Assembly (NCBI GenBank): GCA_049999805.1
Contig: JBNGIO010006304.1
Location: 117,260-158,040 of the forward strand
Source: Folioceros fuciformis
Lineage: Eukaryota
DNA: 40,781 nt
Reading direction: 5' to 3'
Every line of letters starts with the position of its first letter. Position 1 is the stretch's first letter. The notes below the pieces were generated by a model, which saw nothing but the letters and a program-made list of their open reading frames with translations, was not told the origin of the DNA and searched no databases. Position numbers and translations under genes: made by a program. Shown piece after piece: positions 1 through 14,608 of this stretch.

Positions 1-6
1 GTAGAA

Positions 7-50
7 GGATGGACGATAAGGGGGTTATGGATGGACGATAAGGGGGTTAT
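7..50. repeat. 22-bp tandem duplication (ggatggacgataagggggttat x2)
   Basis: Two identical adjacent copies at 7-28 and 29-50. Confidence 0.9.
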
Positions 51-425
51 GGTGTCGGAATAAGGCTGGGTGGTGATGGGATAAGGCCATGATTGGTGTA
101 AGGCAATGGCTTGGATTACTTCAAAGACATGGAGCCAAGCCCTTGGGTTGTCCATAGTGTTTGTTTAACAATCTTAATTTTTTGGTTAGGAATACCATCG
201 ATACTAGGGCATCGTATAGTGTATAGACTTTGTATAGCACAACCTACCATTATAACTTGCTTGCATGCTAGTAATACAATGTTTAAAGTTTTGAACTCAC
301 GATGATGACGGAGTGTTGGCGCGGCTAGTGATAAAGTAGATTAGCAAGGACATTGTTGAACCATGGGATTAGTGAGCCCTCAAAGGAGGGGCTAAGCATG
401 TAGCTCCTGGGCACGCTAGACTGTG

Positions 426-560
426 CAGGTGGCACGCAATGTGTAATGTTGGCTTCCTCTGTAAAAAGTAAACGCGCTTCACAAAGCTCTGCTTACAGGT
501 GGTACGCAATGTGTAATGTTGGCTTCCTCTATAAAAAGTAAACTCGCTTCACAAAGCTCT
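426..560. repeat. ~70-bp tandem duplication
   Basis: caggtgg(c/t)acgcaatgtgtaatgttggcttcctct(g/a)taaaaagtaaac(g/t)cgcttcacaaagctct starts at 426 and again at 496. Confidence 0.9.
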
Positions 561-846
561 ACAATGGTGGAATATATAGCAAAAAAATGTGCAAATAGAA
601 GAGAGAAAATCAACTAGGGTTTGGCAAAAAACAAGAGAACAATCATAAACAATCGAGAAAGTAGTATTGGATCATAATTGGCAACCAAATTACAATTCCA
701 GCATCTTCTATCAACACCAAACATAGCTTGCAAAGCCACGCGCTAGTGGTTTACACAGCCCTGAAATGTGGATTGAGATAGGAACACAAGCGAGTGTGGA
801 CCAAGAAAGGAATGCAAATAGTGTAAACAGGGAAAGAAACAATTAA

Positions 847-1145
847 AATGCCCACTTATTCAGTAAACAATGTACACAAATTCTAAAGCCCCATAAGTTA
901 GTGTGTTCCTAGCTGAAAAGATGATACACAAACGTATCACAAATTGTGAACAACAAAGGGGAACAGGTTAGAGCAAATAGTCTTAGAAATGACAATGCCC
1001 ACTTATTTAGTAAACGGTGTACACAAATTCCAAAGCCCCATTAGTTAGTGTGTTCCTAGCTGAAAAGATGATACACAAACGTACCACAAATTGTGAACAA
1101 CAAAGGGAAAGAGGTGAGAGCAAATAGTCTTAGAAATGACAATGC
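847..1145. repeat. 147-bp tandem duplication
   Basis: aatgcccacttatt...gagcaaatagtcttagaaatgac starts at 847 and 994 with a few substitutions. Confidence 0.9.
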
Positions 1146-1849
1146 TATCATGACACACTTACAAGATGCATACACAATACATGATAAATGTGACAACAAT
1201 GTTCAATGACAACATAATTCGTGGAGGAAGTGAGATTCAAGTCTTTGAATCTTCCCAATAATAAGAACTGGTAGCATATGTGAGGCCTTCTTCTAAAATA
1301 AAATCTTGCATTGTTTTCCATGGAATGTAGGCAATCTTTAAATCCTTTTACGTTTGCTAGTTTAGACCATCAATACAAAATTGCTCAAGCTTAGGAATTT
1401 GTACATTGAGTGGACACGTCATATCCCCTGCATTCACACAAGGCGACGCAATGTATGTGATACGTATCCGTATTCCATACCAGGCATCTTCGTTCAAGTT
1501 AGGATACATCTTCCAAAGACGTATCATACATCACAATTTACAAACCCGATGAACCCGTGGCCTCACCAATAAAGAAGGTTTTTTCTTTTGAAAATGTATA
1601 CATGTACAAGGTTTGTCAAAAAGATGAGGCCACCTGATACATCTCTTTGCAAACCTGAAAAAGTGGAAACGCTGATTGTGCCTGGCAGCGAAGGATAACG
1701 TACGTGACTTCACTCCCCTGCTTGGGTGGGACGTCAATAACCACTAGCATATCATTGCCAACGAAAGTGCAGCAGGTTGACAGCATTTCCGAATTCATGC
1801 TGCCTGGGCTTGGGCATCCAGCCAGCCACACCCATATCACCAGAGCGAT

Positions 1850-4800
1850 TTAAAGCTTCGAACGGGCCAGTTCCAATTTTGCAATCGTCCCGAGATGAAC
1901 TTCGTCAGGACCATCAGCAATTCGAAGTGACCTCGCGGAAGCCCATAAATGGGCCAATACGAAGTCTGAACTAACGCCTCCGGCTCCATGGACTTGTATG
2001 GCTTGATCTAGCACACGCATCGCCATCCTGGGAGCTGCAACCTTTTGTACGACAATTGCGATGCGGATCTCAGAACTTTCAGAAACCACCACAGCTGCTC
2101 AAAAATGCATGCAGCACTCTAATTGCTGCAGGCACCTGCGAGCATCCCAATAATGCACGATAAACAGCAGGTTCAGAGTTTCACATACCTTTGCCATTGC
2201 TATGGCCCCTCTCGCAGCTTTGAACCCATGCTGATCCAGTTGGCTCGATGCATGTAGTACCAGAAGTCTGGTTTGTTCAACATCGATGCGGCACTGAAAT
2301 ACACCAACGTCAGTGACTTGCGCCCTTCTGGCTTGGCAGGCAGGACCGTGCCAGCTACAAAGACAATTGTACAAGAAATTTTATTACGACCATCTCACCT
2401 GGGCAAGTTCGGCAGCAAACGCTCCATGATTGGCAAGGGACTTGCCAAATGCTTTCCTGCTTGTGGCCCTGGTAACCATCAATTCCAAACCACGCTCCCC
2501 AGCACCTATAAGTCGCATACAATGGTGCAGACGTCCTGGCCCAAGTCTCCCCTGCAATTCATTAGCAGATAAAATGACTCCTTGCAGCTGCAGCATCTCC
2601 AGCATATCCATCAGAAAAATGCTATCCACGTACTTGTGCAATTTCGAAACCCCGACCTTCTCCCAGAAGCAGATTTGCGACAGGAACTCGAACGTTCTCC
2701 AATAGGACCTCAGCATGCCCATGTGGGGCGTCATCAAATCCATACACTGTCAAAGGTCGAATGATTTTCACACCAGGGGCATCAATTGGCACCAGTATCA
2801 TGGACTGTTGCTTATACTCTGGGAGTGAGGGGTCGGTCTTCCCCTGCATTCACACAAGGCGACGCGTTCCCAAACAATAAAAGTTACTGACTTCCGTAAT
2901 GAAGGATGTACAATCTGGATACCTCTCCAGGTAATCGTCACAAACCACGCACTCATGTTCTGAGCAGAGCTCGTCAGGTAACAACACAAACCAGGCACTC
3001 CTACTCTTCAGCCAATCATGGCTAATTGAACACTCGAGACGGCAACATACCATGACAATGAGCAACTTGCATCTCGGATCCATTGCACCACTTGTCCACC
3101 ATTTTCTGCCGTTGATGACATAGTGCTCACCGTCCCTATTATATCTTTGTCAGCATTCAAATGACTAACTAAATTCATACACAAGCACAGGATTGGAGGG
3201 CCATTAGCATACCGCCTGATGGAGGATTCGATGTTGGTGGCATCAGACGAAGCCACTTGTGGTTCTGTCATTGCGAAGCCTGAGCGGATCTTTCCCTCTA
3301 GAAGTGGCTTCAACCATACTGCTTGCTGAGTATCATTTCCATACCGTAACAGGACCTGCACAATGTGAAGAATCATGCTGATGTTCTAAAATCACTGTCA
3401 TCAGCCTTCCAGCTATCCCCCTAGTCCATTTATTGTACCTCCATGTTGCCTGTGTCAGGAGCTCCACAATTAAACATCTGGGGGGCCCAGAGCGAACGGC
3501 CCATAATCTCACAGAGATGCGCATATTCTAGATTTGTGAGCCCGGCACCAATCAGTCTGTCTTCGGTGCTACTCCTCAACGGCGCTCTATTCCCAAAGAT
3601 GACTTTTGATGCAAGAGCAGCACTATCAGCCTGTGAAACTCCAACAAAACTGCCATTAAGTCTGTGCTGCAATTCTGGAATGGGGAGAAAGTCAAGAAAA
3701 TCCCCACAGATTCTGAACAGGATCTACAGCTGTGCAGACTGGTACACACNNNNNNNNNNNNNNNNNNNNNNNNNNNNNNNNNNNNNNNNNNNNNNNNNNN
3801 NNNNNNNNNNNNNNNNNNNNNNNNNNNNNNNNNNNNNNNNNNNNNNNNNGGTACACACAGGGATCCACAAGTTCCATAGGCCTTGTGCCTTCGCCTGTCG
3901 CTTGATCTCTTCCTCCAGTGGATGAATTGTCCAGCGGTTTTCAGAGTTAGCAAAGCTTTGAAGAGTCATCTCATGGGGATAGATGTGCTCCTGCATAAAG
4001 ACTTGTAGCTTTTTCCTCAGCTCCCGTACTTCTGGAGATAGTGAAAACAAGGACGGGACAAGCTCGCCCCTGCCTTTTGGCTGAATGCCATCATGTGCAG
4101 ATACTGACAAGAACAACAAGAGAGAAATGAGCTACGTCGTGTTCCACAACAGTCCGCAGGCAATTTGCTAGCAGTTCGCAAAATACTGCTTTGCACGGAG
4201 ATGACATTCCATGAAATTCTCAACAGTTTCTGTGTTGATGAAAAAATCGAAGAAAAGAAGCGCACGTTTTTAATCTAAAAGCAGTCTACCAGAAGGTGCA
4301 GGCGGCTTGGTAGGGAGCTTGACACCCCTCTCCGTGCATTGCAATGCAGCCACAGTCAAATTTCGAGAGAGGGCACCAAATGACTTAGACCGCTCGCCTC
4401 CAGAAGCATTTCCCTGGTGTTGCAAGCAGGATGCATGCCACTAGATTTTCATTTACCATAGCTGCCGATCACAACACCAACCACTAAAAATTAGAGGGAA
4501 CCGCTCACCTGGAGAGATCGTTGGTAGACTCCAGCACTTATAGCAGCCATTCGAAACAGTGAAAAAGCCAAGTAGAATGTCCAAGTATGCTTTGGCCATG
4601 GCTTTTGCTGCACCACTTAAAAATATCACTTCACCAGTCTGCTAGGGATATGAGAACTTCATGGTCTGAAGCTTCCCAAAGCTTCCAGGAAAAGGAGGTA
4701 AGGCACAAGGCTTTACGACCCCAGGGATTTTTTGTTAAAGAAATGCTACACACATAGAAGGGGTGGAGGGGAGGGGAGAAGGTTGTTGGCGAAGGAAGAC

Positions 4801-6604
4801 TCACAGCAGTAGCACAATAGATAGCAAGATATTCAGCTTGAGAAGGAACGCCATCTGGCGCCACATTATTGGCAAAAGCATATCTTGTGTCGGTTACATT
4901 GGAGTCAGTCAAAAAGTATGGCTGCAATCCCCACCACACAAAAGTTTGTTGCCTGTACTCCCAGAGACAGCCAACCCAAGATATGTATACTTCATGGGAA
5001 AAAATTTTATGGGGTAACGGACGCACCATGCAGTTATAAGCAACATCAGACATCTGGTTCCCCAGTGTAGATAACTCCCAATCTAACACTGCAATAACTT
5101 TTGCCTGCACAATTATCCACGACAATAGACCTGAGAGAGGAAACCACCTCACCAAGTTGACATAGCACCAGCATGGACGTACTTGATTTACGTTCGGATC
5201 AAGTGAAGTACAAAGCTTCAGGTTCTAGACGCTTAGGTTTAACACTGTAAACCTACTGTTCAATGCAAAAAAGTCCTCAAAACCTGTCCAAAAACCTTGT
5301 AAGGATTACGCTGTGGCAACCTCTGTTGGATGAAATATAAGATTGTCGAGTCTATAATCTCCATGTACAAGCCCTACAACACTTGTAGAGAGGGCATCTT
5401 CTTTAGGAATATGCTGCTTCAGCCACTCAATAAGACGCATCATATCGGGATCTGCAACTTGATTACTCTGACTTGCAGAAGCTGCATACTGTGCTGCCCA
5501 TCTAAGGACCTGTGTCAAGAACAAGAACGATGATCAGATGCAAGTGAGCAGAAACAACGATACAAAAGGGTCCCTTGAACGAATGATTGCTTAGAAGTAG
5601 ACATACTTGCCGCCTGCAATATTGGTCACGCCGTCCATAATTTCCCAATCCAATTTCATCAACATTAACTTCATGAAGAGCAGCCAACGTCTGCACCATG
5701 GCATAGTAGACGGACTTCCGCTCTTCTTTGCTTAAATTCTGCATGCGGTCACATGGAGGGTGTGACAAGAATTTGAAGGGAAACTCACATGACAACAGGG
5801 TTATCATGTAGGACAGGATTCATGCAGAAATCTGGACCCTTCTTGACCTTGACTTTGACAGAATGATACCGTTAACGAGCGCTACAAGCCTGATCAAATT
5901 GAGAGCGTACGACACAAGGCTTACCACTTACAGGCACTGACATTTCTACACGGCCAGCAGACTTACAGCAAGGTTCAAATCGGTGAAGATGCGCCCCTCC
6001 ACATATTCCATAACAAAAAAGGGTGTACCGATCACATTCGGGTCAGTGCACAAACAGTAGACTTTTGGGACTGGGACATTACTCACTTTGCCAAGTGCAC
6101 GGAGAACCTGCAAAGAATAAAGTAAGATTCATGTCAACTGAAAACATCAGAAACAGCTGAGCCTTTCCATCTCGTTGATATTCCCTACCATACGCTGCTA
6201 ACAGTAGCACCTGATACTCCCTTTCAACAGCATGAGCTGATTGAAGCAGTTTCCCCGGAGGTTTCTTCCGCAGAACAAATCTGTCAGGAGTCCTTTCCGT
6301 CCTCACCTCCAACATGTACGTTGGATTTGACTGACCGTGACCAAACTGCAGGCCTCGCTCGAAGTGTGAAGCATCAGCATCAGCTGACAAAAGAAAGGCA
6401 TAGACAAAAACTGCTAGCAATGGTAAAATTTTCGTGCAACGTAGTGGCCATCCATGACCAAAAAGGCACCTGATAGACATGCAGCGTGGCAGGAGTCTGG
6501 GGGAATCCAGGGATGGTCGTCTGGAGATAACGCAGGAGAGCCACCTCGTCCAAGCGGTGACCAGGGGTCACGGGTTTCAGAAAGTCGGATACGAAGGTAG
6601 CCAT
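1850..6604 (-). CDS. IBR3: Peroxisomal acyl-CoA dehydrogenase, ACAD10/ACAD11/IBR3 family (N-terminal aminoglycoside-phosphotransferase-like domain + ACAD domains), ~17 coding exons
   Basis: Spliced ORF pieces flanked by GT/AG. APH-like part: MATFVSDFL..., [61 protein letters not shown] part: [87 protein letters not shown]. Ends ARSKL* (PTS1) with TAA at 1850-1852. ATG at 6604; exon 1 6470-6604; last exon 1850-2041. Confidence 0.95.
3750..3849. other. Assembly gap (100 N) within an IBR3 intron
   Basis: Run of 100 N; further 100-N gaps at 6797-6896 and 22777-22876. Confidence 0.99.
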
Positions 6605-6896
6605 CGTTCCTGAAGCACCAATCCCACTCCGAGCAGCCTTGTGCAATTCACGATGACTTGAAGCCTCTGGTCACCAAGTCCCCGGACAGAGCACGTCGAA
6701 ACCAAGGCTCATGTAATGAAGAAAAACGTTGCACCTGGAGCAGCTTCCGGAATCTGTCCGCAGCCTGGCAGCACCTGGATCCGCCTGCACTGAGAGNNNN
6801 NNNNNNNNNNNNNNNNNNNNNNNNNNNNNNNNNNNNNNNNNNNNNNNNNNNNNNNNNNNNNNNNNNNNNNNNNNNNNNNNNNNNNNNNNNNNNNNN

Positions 6897-6945
6897 GGCT
6901 CGGCTCGGCTCGGCTCGGCTCGGCTCGGCTCGGCTCGGCTCGGCC
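6897..6945. repeat. (GGCTC)n pentanucleotide microsatellite running into an assembly gap
   Basis: About 9 perfect GGCTC units directly right of the 6797-6896 gap, upstream of the IBR3 ATG. Confidence 0.95.
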
Positions 6946-7757
6946 CCGCTCCGCACGGTTCGAAGCTAGGCTCGGCAGAGAAAAATGGATGCGGTGGAGA
7001 TACCAAGATCGTGGGGGTAGTTTTTGACCGGCTCTGCCACCTGCTCGAGCCTGCATGGACTGTATGTACCTCTGCCTCCGTCCCTGTGGTTTTTTGGACT
7101 TCGGAGACCACAAGGTGTGGCCACGCTGGCCGGTTTCTACCACGGATACGAAGATTCCGTGGTTTTCTCTAATAACAAGTTCGTTTTATACATGCAAAAA
7201 AACGTTTTCGCGTTTGTGACTCGAATGTCTCACATGCTATATATAGGAGGCATTCCCTGAGATTTCTATGCGCACTCAGAGGGCCCTTCGCTCCTTCGCT
7301 TCGATTCGCTTCGGCGCTGTCTAGAGTTTTAGTATACAGTACGTACAGTAGTTTGTGAGATTATTGAAGTCTTCCCAAAAGAGACGGCCTCCCCAGCAGG
7401 AAAAATCTCAGTACGAAGCAAAGCTTCTCCTCCTCCGCAATTTACTTCAGGGGATGCCTCCTACAACATGCGATAATTTTAGATTTTGATTGCCTCTCCT
7501 ACCAGCGAACCGTCCTACATGTGGACTCATCTTATCGAACTTTGTGATAAGTTTAGCACTAGAGAAGGTAAGTTGATCACAACCTCCGCTGCGGGGTGTA
7601 GTACTGTATCAAATGTCCTGTGCTTGACATTGCTGATCCCAAGTAGTCCACGCTGACAGGTGCGAGGAGGTTCGCAGTCATGCTTGACTTGCAGAATGTT
7701 ATGTGTAAGTGATCTCAATCTTGCCGCAGATGTCTCGACATTACCAACTTGCAAGCT

Positions 7758-9676
7758 TCAGACCAGCGTGGAGTCTGCATCTGCAGGAGGCTTCTTCATC
7801 GAACCATTCAAAGGTCGAGAGACTGATCTCAGACCCCGCTCTTTGAGATGATTATCAACAAGAGTCTGGAGTTCTACCAGCTCAATGACGTGCTTGTGAG
7901 CAGCTGTAACGATACTCTCCAAAGTAAGAATGGGAAATGGTTCCTCTATTACAACCCCAACCTGCAAAAGGCATGCCCACGCGCTTAGACCTGGTCGCCC
8001 CTTGCAGTTTGTGAAACAGTGGGCCAAACGATTGTAACCTTCCAACACATTTGGATACCTCTTCGATGCAGAACAGGGTTGCTGCACTGAAAGTTGTTGC
8101 AGGAATCACAAGCCATTGGCAATCATCCCATAACACGATGGGTAATGCCAAGTGCCATAGCACAAGAAATCTCGATGTTAATCGTGTATATGACAGTGGA
8201 ATAGGTGTTCGCATAATGCGCTCGCAGACACTGATGCTCTCGTTGAACTGAACAAGATGTGCATGCTGAAAGGAGGGGAAAGTCTTAGTAACAGTGTGGA
8301 AAGACTTCGCCCACACGCCCACATGAAGGATTCCGGTGCAAAAAGCTGCCATGACAGCAAACGGATCACAGGTATACTATGCTCTTGCTGAGACATGTTG
8401 TCACGTCCAGCTATCTCAGCAACCCAGTCTATGTCACACCAACATCCTCCTCATTGTCTTAAGGGAGCTCCCAAGGAATGAAATCGTACCAGGTGCCCCA
8501 TCTCTGTGTCGTTCAGGTGCACGCGTCTCAGCAACTGGGTCATGAACTGAAGGATGCAGTTGGGTCGATGCTTAGAACTTGCTATAACTGCCAATTCCTT
8601 CTCATCCACGAGGTTCCTCAAACTGTCCTCGATTTGTATGTCAGCTGAATACAGCAGGTGACACTGCAAAAAGCCAGGCCAAACATGAGACTCTGCACAG
8701 AGAAAAAACGAGGCAAGACATAAGACTCTGCGGGCAAAAGATTGTTCTGCCATTAGATCAAACGCGTGGCTAACTCAGCTATGATTAATGTACACGGAAT
8801 GCAGGAGCTGAAAGTGCAACAAGCTACGCAGTAAGCAAAATGGGCTCTTACCCTGAGAGCAGCCGGGAATGCCATACAGTAACGAAGGAAAGCAGCCTTC
8901 AACTGAGGTTCCTGAATCCAAGCCTGTGATTGGCGGGCTAGATCCTTTGTGCAGCTTATGACTTTGGTCCAAGTCTTTCTGGCCTCGTCATAGCGGGAAT
9001 AGGAGGCCTCAGTGCGGAACACTAGTAACAAGGCTAGGGCCGGGGCAGTAAGCTCAAAAGGCAAGCTGGGAGCATGAAGAATCGGAGCATATGTTGGCAG
9101 CCAGCCATCCAGAACAGCATAATTGTACACCGCAACTACTGAGGAGATGAAAGCGAAAGTTGTGACTGGCGGGGCCAAGGCTCTGATGACTCGCGAGTTC
9201 CTGCTGTTAACCAGGTGCCGCCAGTGCCGCTCTGAGCTGCGGTGCTTCACCCAGTCGTCTGGATAAAAATATGCACGCCCGCTGAACATCTTCTCTGCAA
9301 ACTGCTTGTCTGCAAAGTGCACCAGCCATCGTATGGGATTCCAGAAAAAAGGGGGAGCTTGGTCTGTAGCTCCCTGCACCTCTGGCCTGGAATTGCCCCC
9401 ATTTCCGGTTGCCCGTGCTTGACCATGATCACGTTTCTTATCACTGAATCCGCACTTGACGCAAAGAGGACATGGTTTCCGACCAGTCGTATTGCTTGCT
9501 GTTCCTTTATGCCAGACTACAATGTGGCTTCCATGAAGAGAGTTGCTAAGCAGGGACCGATCAACATGCACCTGGATATGTGGTTGCTGTCCCCGGGCAT
9601 CCCAATCCCGAAATTGCGCTTCAGCTAGGGCTCCTGAAATTTCGAGGCCACAAACAGCCATTCGCTTGCTGTACAT
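7758..9676 (-). CDS. VCCN: Bestrophin-like (UPF0187/VCCN family) anion channel, probably plastid-targeted; 4 coding exons
   Basis: Exons ~9676-8852, 8663-8490, 8265-8059, 7961-7758 with GT/AG boundaries. Family motifs: WVKHRSSERHWRHL, PFELTAPALALLLVFRTEASYSRYDEARKTW, HRPNCIL, CERIMRTPIPLSYTRLTSRFL, IEE|VGVVIEEPF. Start uncertain (ATG 9676 or 9661). Confidence 0.88.
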
Positions 9677-10368
9677 CGGAGTAGCAAGAAGGAGAATTGG
9701 AGAATGCCTAGCGTCTGCAACGCAAAGCATTTCCAGAGCTCTGCAGTCTGCATGGATGCGAGATGGCCCCTAGGGCGGCAGACGGCATGTATTCATTCAC
9801 CTGGTACCACTTGCTAGAAGACAGTGACTTCAACGCCCCTGTCCTAGCTCGAAGCCCGTGAAGAATACGGGACTCCAGTCTGTGGAGCACCCGTCCTGTG
9901 ACATCGATGAACTCACAGTTTCTGTTGGACGTGGTGGATGCAATGCTTATCACGTCTCCGTACCCAACCCATCATACATCATGATGCCGAATCAACATCG
10001 TTCGGCCACTTGGTTATATAATCCAATGGTACTTCACGAGAGGTGGATGCTGACGAAAGACTGCAGGATTTCCCTCCGTACTTATCTGTCTTACCACGAA
10101 GTTCCAGCGTTCAATCCACGATTTCAGACGGCCTAATCTCTCAAGATTCACGTGAAGCTGGACAAATGGCACCCTGCTACCAAACGCAACAATTGCCGGG
10201 CAGGGATTTCCCGCAGAATCATTCCGGCTTGGGGAATGGCATCCTTCTGACCGGCATGTCCATGACATCACTTGGATCAGGTCCCTTCCTACGACCTTTC
10301 TAGAAGAGACATTTCCTTGTGAACATCATATACTTCTGACAAAAATATTTGAACCTCGTGAGTTGTGA

Positions 10369-12463
<2,095 letters not shown>

Positions 12464-12911
12464 TCAGAGAACTGGAGTCGACGAACGACAAGACACTACT
12501 CGGTGTAGGGTTTTAGGCTCAGCATGAGCCCAGAGAATAATGGCGAACGTAATGGGGAATCTGAAATCCAACGAAAAAGGCCTGGGTCCCGATTCCTAAC
12601 CTGTTCAGGTGGACTGTCAAAGCAGTTTTCTGAGACACTGTTTTGGGCGAGGCCACAGCTAATGAATCTGCACCGCGGGGCCATCATGTTCCAAATGTTT
12701 CAAACTATGGACGTCGTGCTCCCATAGCGATGTGGCCAACTGACAATCTCAGCCTCCTGCTGATTGCTTCAGCCTCTGCCCTGTTGTGATGTATGTTTTC
12801 GAGGAGATTTGGCAGTTGCTGTGTCGTTGTTGTACAGCTCTAGGTACTAACCCAGTGGGTTCTACAAGCATCGCGACTCATTGTATTGTGATTGCAGACT
12901 GGAAGTTTCAC

Positions 12912-14608
12912 ATGGAAAGCAGGATGAGGCTCTTGTGCTGTGTACTGCTGCTGCTGCTTGTCGTCGCCTTGGAGTGTCGACTCTGTGCTGCTTCTGCTGG
13001 CACCCTGGTGAGCTCAGGCATGATTCCCTTTCTAAAGCAGTTCTGGTCAGGTTCGGATCCTGGTTTAAGATGTTGTGGGTGTTCTGATTTATGCAGATCA
13101 AGGAGCCAGAGCCCGAGGAGAGGTAGTAATCAGAGCATGTGATGCAGCGCTGGCTGCTGATTTTGATTTCTGTAACTGGTCTGTCAGCATGACGAGTTTA
13201 TGGCAATTCTGAAATTGGTTAACGGCCAGGAAACAACAGGAGGGTTCAGCACAAAGCAATCAGGTGCACTGCTCCCGGCCTAGGAGCAGGTTAGCATGGT
13301 CCATCATTGACGAGGTTTGTCGCCCCCGAAGGCCTGTTGTTGAAACCCTTGAATGCCCACTGAACGGCAATGGGGAATCAAGTTTGATTGTTTTGAATGA
13401 TTCCGATGGATGCTACGGCTGACCGTTCTTCTCTATGTTCGGTCGTGTGCAGTACCTGTTACCTTTTGTGGAGAACGAGAAGTACGACCTGTCATCCAAA
13501 TGCAGATTGTCAAGAGCAAACGACATGTTCAGGGAACAGGAGGAGAAGAAGGAGGAGGTTCGACCTAGACAGTGGGAGTGTGGTGTTTGTAAGAAGGTTT
13601 TCCGAACTGAAGAGGACTTGGACAGGCACTTTGACAATCGGCATTCGAATATGACTGGGGAGGTATGGTCCATTGTTTGAAGGAATTCAAATCTTTGTGA
13701 TCCTTGATTCCACTAGCGGTGTGTAATACAAACAATTCTGTGTTGCCACAGGATCGGAATCGATGTCTTGCAAATGTATGTCCTGCTATCCATTGCGATG
13801 CCATGCAAGCTAAACGCAATTCGAAACTGGAGAAGGGAAAGTGCAACCAGGCTGCTGTGGACAGAAACCGCCACCTCTGCGAGGTGAGGAAGGTTTTGTT
13901 CTGCTGTGAGATGAGGCCTCAGTGATCATGAAGGTTCCAACTCCCGTTGAGATAGGCACAGGACTACCCTCTGCCAGTTGCAGCAGTTTGCCTGTTGGGT
14001 TCCTGTCATTGTATAGCCTGGTATCTGACTTCAATCAGCAGGCTTTGGCAGATGCATGCTTTCCACCGCATGAGAGCTCACAGGCACGTCGGTTAAATGG
14101 TACGATCTCTTGCCAAGACTCCTCCTGTCTTTCACAAGAAAAGTCCTCACCACCTTGTTCGTGAGCAGACTTCTTCCTGCGCCAATTCTGTGATGCACAC
14201 ACTTGTAAGAAAGGCCAACGACGTTTTCCACGAGGGAGTGGGGTGAAGTTTCACTCCCTTTACTGCATCTGGGATCGTGCTTTACTTGTTCCGCATGCTT
14301 AAGCTTTACTTGACATCGTGCCCAGTACGTTCGTGCATGTGACCCGTGACACATGTCTTGCAGAAGCAACATGGCCGGTCTCTTTACATTGCAGGATCTC
14401 TGTTCTCAATTATCATGCTGCTGATCTTCTATGGCGGTGTGTTTGCTTCGAGGAGGTGAGCGTGTGTTGTCTGGGTTTGTAGAAGCTCTCTGTCTTTCTC
14501 AAAAGTTATGTCCTGCCGGCATGTTGCTAAATGTTCGCGGTGACTGGCAGTGGTCGCTCGGACTCGGCCAAGTTTAAGCGTCTCCAGAAGTCTCAAAAGT
14601 CGCATTAG
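12912..14608 (+). CDS. Conserved plant C2H2-like zinc-finger family protein with N-terminal signal peptide and C-terminal transmembrane helix; 9 exons
   Basis: Phase-consistent exons 12912-13007, 13097-13122, 13230-13314, 13453-13662, 13752-13883, 14042-14099, 14169-14242, 14364-14455, 14551-14608. Product: MESRMRLLCCVLLLLLVV...VHCSRPRSRLAWSIIDEYLLPFVE...WECGVCKKVFRTEEDLDRHFDNRH...CLANVCPAIHCD...RHLCEALADACFP...FLRQFCDAHTC...LYIAGSLFSIIMLLIFYGGVF...KSQKSH*. Confidence 0.85.

Noticed and set aside
7962..8058. Possible U12-type intron in the bestrophin gene (donor GTATCC)
   Set aside because: The donor continues AA rather than TT, and there is no TCCTTAAC-like branch site near the acceptor; ordinary U2 intron.
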